Assembly (NCBI RefSeq): GCF_963853765.1
Contig: NC_088854.1
Coordinates: 12,896,001-12,960,000, forward strand
Length of the DNA: 64,000 nt
Reading direction: 5' to 3'
From: Magallana gigas
Taxonomy: Eukaryota
The translations under genes and the position numbers were made by a program. The notes below the pieces were generated by a model. The model searched no databases, was not told the DNA's origin, and saw only the letters and a program-made list of their open reading frames with translations. Shown piece by piece: positions 14,436 through 24,837 of the stretch (the first letter of the stretch is position 1; every line of letters begins with the position of its first letter).

Positions 14436-15119
14436 CTGCAATTGAGGCTGTCCTTCGTGTATCATTCTACACTAATTCTAGCTATTTCTATATCTGTTTG
14501 AGACAAATACTTTAATACTTTAAATCTTTTTAAAGGACCATCATACATGTATACAACAATATCGAAATAGCGGCAAATATTGATCTACTTGTATTTGCAA
14601 GGAAGGATAACTTCACCTGTTTTTGGCATCGTATAATGATAAAATGCATATATCTTTAATTGAATAAATACTACAGACCGTGTCCATCACATATTGTATA
14701 CCAAAAAGGCCATAGAAATTTTAAAACAAAAACATCTATAGTATGATTATTTATTTCATTAAGTAGTTTTTTTTAAAATGATTCATATCAAGATTTACAA
14801 ATCTTTAATTGCAAGTACATGTACATGTACATGTTACCAGGAACTTCCGTACTCTGATAAGATGTATACGTATTTACATGTATTTGCTTCAATTTACTTT
14901 GCAAGTTCTCTTTTGTCAGTTCGGTTGTGTTGAACTCACACTAAGTTGACGGAAACAATACACATGAAATGATTTATGTGTATCTTTGTACAAAATAATC
15001 GTACAATATCATGCATTCTCTTCTTTGGCAATAAATAAATTATTGAACAAACTATATCACAGATTTGCAAGACCGTGTATCCATGGAGATTTCATAAAAA
15101 TCTCATACGCATCATTTGA

Positions 15120-18100
15120 TTAACGTTCATTTGGCAGAATATACCCTTTGCTCACTATTGGTCCCTTGTTATGTAATAGCAGCAACGGCCAGACGCAAAT
15201 TTTCACAGTGTTACCGCTGGTTTTGTAACATTTGTAATAGTTGGTATTAATTGTCTCCCTTTCTGATGCCCATGTGATCACCATGGGCGGATCTTGTATG
15301 CACATTAACCACGTGATCTCAATACAAGCATCAACATATTCCAGTATTGGTTTTGGCAACTGCCTCGGCTCAAGTTGAAAGTTTTTTCTTAAATCTTGCG
15401 CTTTAAAAATCTGTCAAAAAGATAATATACACATGTATAGTTGGTCACTACTCAGTAAAAATGTATGTTAAAATACCTCATACTATTTCAATAATCGCTT
15501 TGTGAATTAACGGGTTAGTTACATCAAATCACAAACTTGTCATGGCAAATATCATTTCAACTTCAACTTATAATTTCCTTTTTTCTGAACTAAAATTTAA
15601 GAATAATATAATACATGTCATTAATCATTTTTTGTGACAGGAAAAGAAAAGAAAACAATATACCCAGGTTCCACATCGTAACACAAGATTGGTTTGTAAT
15701 AAGGATAAAAATAGTAACATTGATTACATAACATACATTTCTGTACGTGGGGATTTAAAAAAAACGATTCTTGAATTAACTCCGTTTAGATGTATATACG
15801 TATTGTTAGTATATGATAATGCACACTGACCTCCTGTAAGTCTGGAACTGATTTGAGCCCCGCGGCCTTTCTGAACTCCTTGGAATGCCTGTGACACAAG
15901 GATTGCAGCGCCTTTCCTTCGCTCTCACTTAGTCTTAAATTGATTGAACCAATCGATGATGTCAACTGTAGAAAAAGTAGTCAAGATGCTTAATCAAAAT
16001 TAATCAAATTTTGGTTCAACTTTAAACAAAAAAAATACTAACAAAAAAGTCAGTCACTATGTATATTTAAGCTAGAATATGGGCATTTTTCTAAAAAAAA
16101 TTCTGCCAACCACAATTCACACAAAGGTAAGAAATGAAGCAATTCAATAGTTTTAATTCTTTCTTTGAATTCATTTCATAATAACGTGTACTAGTATTCC
16201 ATACCGAATTGTTTGGTGACTTGTTTGGGTAGGAGACCGGGTGCAGTATGTGCATCTTCATTGATGATGTCAAGTCTTGTAGCTGACTCTCCGACGTTGT
16301 CTTACAGAAATCAAAGGCTAACTTCAGGTAGCAATAAAAAAATGTTCAGAACTTTACTTAAGAAAGTGTGTAAATTATTTATATGTTAATTTCAGGATTA
16401 ACATAAATCTGATCAGAAGTCTTTCAACAGTGGTAGCGGATACTAATATACCTTATAATTCTATATCATAAATCGTTAAAATAATGCAATGAAATTATTA
16501 GAGTCTTGTAATTTTTTCCGCAATTTCAAGACTTTTAATTACTGAAGATTTTATATGTGTAATAATTTTGTCAGAAAAAAAGATAGCTAGTACGTACCCT
16601 AAGTATTTTAGACAGAACTCGCAGGCATTCTTCCTCCGGAAACCGGAGCTTTTCGTTGAAAGATTCGAATGCTTCGGACCATTCCTCATCGAATAACAGA
16701 CCAAATTTCTCCCCGATCTTTGTAGGCCGGTTTTTGTCGCTCAGGTCAGCCATGTTCGGGTTTCCGGCTAGCAGCTGTTTGCTGGCAAAGCTACTTAATC
16801 TGCAAAATATATCAGTATTCGTGCATTTCTTTGCAACATAAAACACATGCAATTACAAAAAATGTATCTTTCTTCCTAATTGCTGTCAAATACACGTAAT
16901 CATAAAATTGAATGATAACAATGATGAACTGCTTTGGTGACATAATAATTTCTTATTTTTTAAAAATCATTGAGAACATCGATATATTCATAAAGAAAGC
17001 AAACCTCGTTGTGAGCTCTTCAATTTGCATCTCCTGCTGTTTGACTTTCCGCTGCAGACGATCATGTTCCTCTTTCGATAAATAAATGGCGCCTCCGGAT
17101 CCGCGCTGCACATTTTTAGATCTTTGCGCAGACGGCGGTCGGTTGGATGGTGTTATACTTCTATTAAAGGGACTGTCTATGATGGAACCTTTGATGAAAC
17201 TCTTACTGAAGTCTGGCTTTGTTGCCGTGGCTTTATTCCCATGATGCAGGGGTTTAGTCGTCACCTCCTCAACAGGGTGCATTGCTCTCATTGGACCTCC
17301 TTTTGGGGGAGGTCGGTGATTTTGGCCTTGGTTGGAATTGCGTCTAACGAGGAAAGAACCACTAAAGTTTTGCTGCAATTTTTTTTCACGTGGCGTGCCA
17401 TCGGGCTGAAAATGTCAAACATATATATGCTTATTTATTGATTTGTGTTGGGTTTTTTAATACATGTAACGATACCGTATAATTAGTTTGTTGTTGTGGG
17501 GTTTTTTTTTTGGGGGGGGGGGGTCGGGTTATTTTTTCTTCTTTTTTTGCAGGTCAGCTTTACAATTAATTCCGAATTATTCAATGTTTTTCACGATTTC
17601 TTTTAGATCTGTAAAGTAATTTTAATATTTAAATTTCGTAGAGGATATAAACCTAAGCGGAAAAAAACCCATTTCGCACCAACATTCAATATGCAAAACA
17701 ACACCATGTATTTGATAGATACAATGTATAAACATTCCAATATAGACCTACATTCGATTTATTTAGGTCATCGTACGCTTTTGCTGACCGCTGTAAAGCG
17801 TTTAATTCTCTTAAGGCGTCATCGGCAAGGCTCCATAACTGTGTGTCCCTTGATTTTTGTATGATATGAAAAAGCTGTGGTCCCCAGAGATCGTCTACTT
17901 TGGTGTTCGGTCTTGGTTTTAGTTCCGATGTTTTCTGAAACTGATAACGATATTTTTAAATTAGAAACAGTAAAATCGCGGACAATAAGCCACCCATCCC
18001 CGTAAGTCTTTGTAACATGTACATCCTTTACACGTTATGATTGTATTTTTTTTCAGAAGTTTTTCCTTCTTTTATTTAATCATGACATGTGCAATGTAAT

Positions 18101-18605
18101 TTAAGATTTCCTACCAACTAACCGTCTTATAGTCTAGCTGCTTAAGTTTCTTCTCCAAGTTCATCAGTTCTGTGTATTCCATATTTGCCATCATAATCAT
18201 ACTCTGTTCCACGTGCTGGCCCATTTTGTTCAGTAGTTTGTCAATATTGGTCCTGCTGTGTTCCTCTAGTCCTGCGGGTTTGATGTCATTTGTTCCGAGT
18301 CCGAACCCCTTTCCAGAGGAACCATGTCTTGGTGCTTTAATGTTACGACCAAAGGAAGACCTCAACACGACCCCTGGTAAAAATTGGAACATAACAATGA
18401 GATAGGTACGAATAACATCTCATTAAAGAGTGAAACAATATGGTAATGTTATTTAGTATTTTATAAAATATCTCCTCAATTTTTTTTTATTATAAAAAAA
18501 TATCTAAGTATTTTGTCAATGTACATGCGTATCTCTATATATCAAACGCTTGATGGTTGTCAATGTAATTACTGTCTACTTTCGATTTCACTTACCTTCA
18601 GCCAT
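15120..18605 (-). CDS. MIEAP-domain-like protein, paralogue D (~529 aa, 8 coding exons)
   Basis: Exons 18605-18596 (ATGGCTGAAG|gtaag), 18373-18123, 17934-17752, 17405-17005, 16799-16598, 16321-16205, 15965-15831, 15410-15120 join in frame (1590 nt). Motifs GNPNMADLSDKNRPTKIGEKFGLLFDEEW and CIEITWLMCIQDPPM...VWPLLLLHNKGPIVSKG. Confidence 0.88.
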
Positions 18606-19023
18606 ACTTGATACGAGAAGCCGAATCTCACCAATAGTTGACCTTTATGATCAAGTCGATTTATTGAGAAAATGTGTACACAAGATTTAGTAGAATGCTT
18701 TTCTATTTTTATCGTATTCCTGAATCATACCTGGATATAACTGGATATAATATCTAACATATTGGAGATTTAAATGTTCAATATCACAGGTAAACTAAAA
18801 AATCAATAAACTGGGGCACATTAAGGAAAAGACTTAGACTCAAAGAATTTATGGAAAGAGAGATAACTCTAGATCTTGTTATGCGATATATGTACTAGTA
18901 TATTGGTACATGTAAGTTGTATGGTAAGAAGAATATGTACATGTAGAAGTTTTATATTTGCAGGTACAATATGTACCAGATGTTCCAGTTAGGTTGCCCA
19001 AAGTTAATTCTACATTTAACGTC

Positions 19024-19139
19024 CATGTGCGGATCCAGAAAATTTTACCGGGGGGGGGGGGGGGGTCCGAGGCGTATGGTAAATTTATAATGTAAATTTA
19101 AAGAAATTTGAATTCGAGAGGGGGTCCAGACCCCCCTTA
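19024..19139. mobile_element. Truncated G-run MITE-like fragment (CATGTGCGGATCCAG...)
   Basis: CA-start, poly-G run and GGGGTCCAGACCCCC resemble the other G/C-run elements; no matching right TIR found. Confidence 0.4.
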
Positions 19140-19220
19140 CCACCACCACTAACGTTGATGTGACCACCTTCAAAACACCAACCCTTCGAGACAGGGCGAT
19201 AAAAATTTTATTCATTTATA

Positions 19221-20240
19221 TTCAATTCAATTCAATTCAATGGTTTATTGACATCACCATGTTGGCATACAGTCAAAATGAAATCAAATGACAGACAAAA
19301 GAAAATTGTAGCATAAAGGCTACAGCATGCAATACAGTTTTATACAATACTTCATAGTCATGGAACTGTTTTCTCTGCATAAAACATTTATCCAAGTAGA
19401 TACATAGACGTTTTGTAGTATTATAACCACATGGATTAACAATTTCTTTTATGGGATCAATACCACAGTACAATTTATCATTGAAAATAATACAATAATG
19501 AAATCGAAGATTGTCATACACAGGACAGTAAAGTACATAATGTTTTTCATTTTCGACTAATAATTTACAAGCATAGCATAAACAATTTTCCTTTGGGATA
19601 ATTGGTTTACAATATCTACCTGTTTCAATGAATATTGAATGTGCACGTATTCTTAATCTTCTAGCTGGGATCTTTCATGCTTTTTCAAGGAAAACTTAAA
19701 GTAATCTTGCAACTTGTACTCGTTAGTATTTAATATTTTACTGTAAAAATTAAGTTTTCTGGAGTTAGAGGATGAGATTTTGTTCAATTGCTTAAAGATC
19801 TTATCAAATAAAAATTTTATTTAACTTAAACCTCAAATCCTTATGGGAAATATCTAAAGATGTTAAGTTTAGTTTTTGTTGGAGATTAAAAATCTTGTTT
19901 TGCCATGAAGTATAACTCTTTTTCGAAGCTAACTCTTTGTCTTCTTTAAAAGCTGATACTAACAGTGCATTATTATACATGTATGTGGTATTTGATTCCA
20001 TAATTCTTAGTCTGATATAGTATTTAAACATGTTTTCATAACAAAAATAGTAAAGTGGATAAAAACCTAGTTCAGCATTGACTGCTAAATTTGATGCTTT
20101 TCTATGTACACCTAGAATATCTTTGAATATATGATTTTGAATTTTATATTAATACAAATTTTTATATTAATACAAATATAGTGAGCATTCAAGCTTTATG
20201 TAAACTAACTATCTAATTTCTTTCCTATCAGTTTTAAAGA
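19221..20240 (-). mobile_element. 3' fragment of a non-LTR retrotransposon (RTE-X or L2/Daphne-like), degraded
   Basis: Minus-strand translation gives ILGVHRKASNLAVNAELGFYPL, FKYYIRL, and RLRIRAHSIFIETGRY...CYACKLLVENEKHYVLYC (C-X2-C-X8-H-X4-C knuckle), then AATAAA and a (TTGAA)4 tail at 19221-19240. The clade assignment is inference. Confidence 0.85.
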
Positions 20241-20274
20241 CAATCCAATTAAGAACCGATTATAATTAAGGAAC

Positions 20275-20417
20275 AAGGAATCATTCTTTGAGTATTATGA
20301 GGTGATAATTTCGGTCGGGGCGTGATCAAATCCAAAAAAGTCCGAAGGGCTTTATGATAGATTTGATCACGCCCCGACCGAAATTATCACCTCATAATAT
20401 TCAAAGGATGATTCCTT
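20275..20417. repeat. Long near-perfect hairpin (58-bp arms), probably part of a non-autonomous DNA element
   Basis: Arm 20275-20332 is the reverse complement of 20360-20417 with about 2 mismatches; 27-nt loop. Confidence 0.85.
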
Positions 20418-21962
20418 ATTACTTATATTTATATAATTTTATACCATCGTACAATTAAATATTTAAATATGAATAAGCAAACCCTACTGGCGCCTCAATT
20501 TGGCTTCATTTGAAGTTATGGGTTATATAATACAAAATCGATACGTAGCGTTATCACAGCCAAAGACACTGGAAAATGTAAATATTCCATAATGTGCCCT
20601 AAACATTTCGTATTTCTACAGATTTACAGTTATAGTCTGTCCCTAGTTATTGCCTCCATCACTTTTTGATGATTTTTAATAAAAATACACATACATGTGA
20701 AAGAAAAACAGTTGAAATCGACAAAAAGGAATATATCCAAGATAGCTTCATTGAACAATTATTATTTTTCACTCATAAAAGTTCACAGGAACGAAAACAA
20801 ATTTCTAACGGAGATTTATAATGGGAAATGTTTACATCCTTTCTCCATTCGGAAGTACTCGGGATACCTAGCGCAATTTTTCAACGTTATCATCCGGGAT
20901 TATTAATGGCTGATGCAACGCATAATCCCCGTAGACTTTCTATTTTTGGATGTGTATTGAAACCTGAAGTGGTAGAGGGGGCGTTTCAAAACAGATAATC
21001 TGGACATTTTTGATGTTAGTGGATGAACGTAGTTTGAGCACAAAGGTATTTATGATTATCGAAATATCAAGCAAAAAGTGGTGGAAGCAAAAACTCGTGA
21101 CAGAGTATAGTATTTTGCATTAAATCACACTTGGAAAAAACTGACAATGTGTCCAAAACCTATGCGTGCGGGTAACGGTTAGCATAGAATTAACTTTGGA
21201 CAGCCATATATACTATAGCATACAAGTACGACCACACTACTATTAAATCAGTTCAGAGGATGTACATGTATTTGTGTATTTCTAAAATTCGGTAGTGGTA
21301 GTTGTTTTTTTTAAATTCACATCTTCTTTCTAGAAACTTTTTAAAAAAAAAATGGGCGATCACCATGTTACAACGACGCTTAATCGACCTTTGACAATTA
21401 TCATATTTGGTCAAATCAAGCTCTAACCGATTCTACAATATGTAGTTTGTAGTGATTTGCCACATGTAATGTGATGTTATGCCACGTAGATCGGATTCCA
21501 ATGATCAGAGCATAACAACTTAAAACAGTATACCAATGACATTTAAAGGAAAAGTAACTCTTGAAATTCTATTGACCATAAGTTCTACGTATACAACACT
21601 ATTAGAAATTTGAAATATTTGGATTAATGAATTATATGATTTTAAATTTTTAAATGAAAGGAGTGTGGCGAACAGGGCGTTAGATTGAAACAATGAAGAC
21701 AAACGATTTTCATAGGTAGTTATAATATGCATGTGGTATTCTATTTTATACATATTGATTATTATATAAATCTGATTAATGTAAATAAATTGCGTGATTT
21801 TGTAAACATAACAGATAGAGAATTCCAAATCATTTAACACGGCCGGCGATTTTATCACTCTTGATTTTTTTTATTAGAAATGTCAATACACTCCTTGAAA
21901 TGTAAGTTTTCTTTATGATTATTTGACATTGTAATTTTTTCGTACAAATATCTTTAACAGGC

Positions 21963-22023
21963 TGTCATGTTGTAAATTTTGAATTTACCAGGTGGCAGTA
22001 AATACAAAATTTACAACATGACA
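21963..22023. repeat. Inverted repeat with 26-bp arms around CAGGTGGCA
   Basis: TGTCATGTTGTAAATTTTGAATTTAC / GTAAATACAAAATTTACAACATGACA. A diverged left arm recurs at 47519-47542. Confidence 0.75.
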
Positions 22024-23427
22024 ATCAAAATTCAATTGTTGTACTTTATCTAACGAAAATAAATAACTTTATTGTTTGTGTTATATTTTATTAGCATACA
22101 TTAATTAATCTATAAGGTCATTTAAAAACTGCTGTGAATTTGCGATGTATAATAATGATATATAATATAATAAAAATATCACACAGGTTAGAAGTAAACT
22201 GCTGTGTCAGTATTTGGGCGGTATATAGGCTGGAAGTCAACCGCTGTGTTTAAGAAATATATGTATATGGATAAGCCATTAATTTAAACATTATTTATGC
22301 TATTGATTTGTTGAGGATATATTATTTTTTATACATCTTGTTCAATCATCTGGCTTAATCTAACTCCATAGTTCTCAAATTTTTGTTGTGCCTACTGGTT
22401 CTCAGGTATACATAAAATATAATTATTACATAAAAACACATTTTCTGGTTGAATTCTGAATCATTATATAATTTATGTATATTTATTCCAAATTGTATAT
22501 TATCAGGCAATTTAGGGAACTGTTTTAGCTTTAACCAAGTATATACTTAAACCAATGCTGCACTAATTTGAAGGCTGATAATCCTAATTTGGCTAGTCAA
22601 CTCTTGGAGTTGTGTTTGCTTTTTGTGGGCAATTTCTTATTTTTGAACACCAACAATTTTTGGGGTATATTGTATTATATGTTTTATAGTCTGTTCTCTT
22701 GTTGATCATTTTACAATGATTTAATTGTTATCAGGGGAAACCACCATTATACTCCTCTGTATTGTAATTATATATACACATGTAGAATAAAATCTTATTT
22801 TTGTTTTCTGATTTCTTCTTGCATTATTGGTCTATGTATGTACATATATAATTTACAAAAATATATATGTAAACTTTTAATGTCATTTTAAAAAATGACA
22901 ATTCACACAACTTTTGTGTTTGTGTTGTTTAACGTTAGTCAGTGCAATGATTAGGCTATTCTATCTAAATATTTGGATAAATCAAATTTCACGTCAAAAT
23001 GTAAAACATAAAAAGATTTGTCTGCAGGGAATTTAACAGGCCTTGGACGCCTCTGTCCTCAACTGAAAAGTTAAATTAATAAAATCTGTACTACCTTAAC
23101 GCTATACGAATATCAATATTACTATCTAGACAGGGAAGTCCTCCGTTGGCTCGAAATGAATAACCTTGAATCTTTTCACATATTATTTTCAAATCAGGAA
23201 AGTGGGCTTCAAGACAGCTTGTGTTACACGTGTCTGATGTGAGATAAAATGTTAAACTGGTTTTAAAATACTCGCGCATCAAACATTTTCCTAAGTGAAT
23301 TGATTTTATCAACCTTGGTAATGGATTTTATCATAAATTTGTTGAACTGCATAGCTATTACATTTCAGTGATGTTATATGCGAAGGACAGAAATTTTTTT
23401 TTTTATATAAATGAATGCTATTATATG

Positions 23428-23866
23428 CAGGCACGTAGCATCGTTTTTGAAAGTGGGGGGGGGGGCCAGACCACTCCAAAAAATCTTGACAAGCAAAAAA
23501 AAAAAAAAAGGAAATTTTAAGTTTCCAAAAATTTTCAAAATCCTAATCCGTGCGTGGGGGGGGGGGGGGGGGGGGGGTAGACTTAACTATACTTCCAAAA
23601 AAAAAATTCCCCTACCAAAATTTTCTTCCCTCCAAATCATGAAATTCCTAATCCGTGGGGGGGGGGGGGGGGGGGGGTTACTTCAATTTACTCCTCATTT
23701 CCTTATTTTCATATCAATTTTTTCCTTACTTCCAAAAAAGTGGGGGGGGGGGGGCCAACACAATGATAATTCTTTTTTTTTATATGTAAATTTTAAAAAA
23801 TTTGTTGCTGCGAGAAAAAGTGGGGGGCCAGGCCCCCCCTGGCCCCCCCCTGATGATACGTGCCTG
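23428..23866. mobile_element. Poly-G-run MITE with CAGGCACGTAGCATC TIRs
   Basis: Left CAGGCACGTAGCATC, right GATGATACGTGCCTG (1 mismatch), flanked by an ATATG direct repeat. Confidence 0.85.
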
Positions 23867-24082
23867 ATATGAGTATCGATATAGACGAAACAGATGTTGT
23901 ATTAATAAAATTTGATCGTCATTAATGGCGTATTTCAGGCTTATTTCTAGGAAATAGCATCATATAGTTACTTCGATGTTTGTATTCCGATTTTATCATA
24001 TTTTAAAAAGGTTTAAATTTCTGTTACGGTAGCTGTGACATAAACACTTTTTTTTTATCAGAGGAAATAATATCACCATATA

Positions 24083-24211
24083 NNNNNNNNNNNNNNNNNN
24101 NNNNNNNNNNNNNNNNNNNNNNNNNNNNNNNNNNNNNNNNNNNNNNNNNNNNNNNNNNNNNNNNNNNNNNNNNNNNNNNNNNNNNNNNNNNNNNNNNNNN
24201 NNNNNNNNNNN
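24083..24211. other. Assembly gap (N run)
   Basis: N characters. Confidence 1.
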
Positions 24212-24782
24212 TCTAAACAATGAATTGCATTTTGATTTTGACTTAACTATACTTCCAAAAAAAAAATTCCCCTACCAAAATTTTCTTCCCTCCAAATCAT
24301 GAAATTCCTAATCCGTGGGGGAGGGGGGGGGGGGGGAAGGTTACTTCAATTTACTCCTCATTTCCTTATTTTCATATCAATTTTTTCCTTACTTCCAAAA
24401 AAGTGGGGGGGGGCAACACAATGATAATTCTTTTTTTTATATGTAAATTTTAAAAAATTTGTTGCTGCGAGAAAAAGTGAAAAAGTGAAAAAGTGGGGGG
24501 CCAGGTCCCCCCTGCCCCCCCCCCCCCCCCCCCTGATGCTACGTGTCTGATATGAGTATCGATATAGACGAAACAGATGTTGTATTAATAAAATTTGATC
24601 GTCATTAATGGCGTATTTCAGACTTATTTCTAGGAAATAGCATCATATAGTTACTTTGATGTTTGTATTCCGATTTTATCATATTTTAAAAAGGTTTAAA
24701 TTTCTGTTACGGTAGCTGTGACATAAACACTTTTTTTTTATCAGAGGGAATAATATCACCATATAAGGTTAATGTATGCTTG

Positions 24783-24787
<5 letters not shown>

Positions 24788-24833
<46 letters not shown>
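24788..24833. repeat. (CT)n microsatellite
   Basis: Uninterrupted run of about 23 CT units. Confidence 0.95.

Positions 24834-24837
<4 letters not shown>

Noticed and set aside
14811-14885. CATG-cored repeats as p53 response elements for the MIEAP-like genes
   Set aside because: TACATGTA does not fit RRRCWWGYYY well and is equally common far from these genes.
22200-22800. Possible second LINE 3' remnant
   Set aside because: No frame gave a recognisable motif; too degraded to support.
23411-23872. 153-aa Gly/Lys-rich ORF
   Set aside because: It coincides with the G-run MITE and has no protein-like features.
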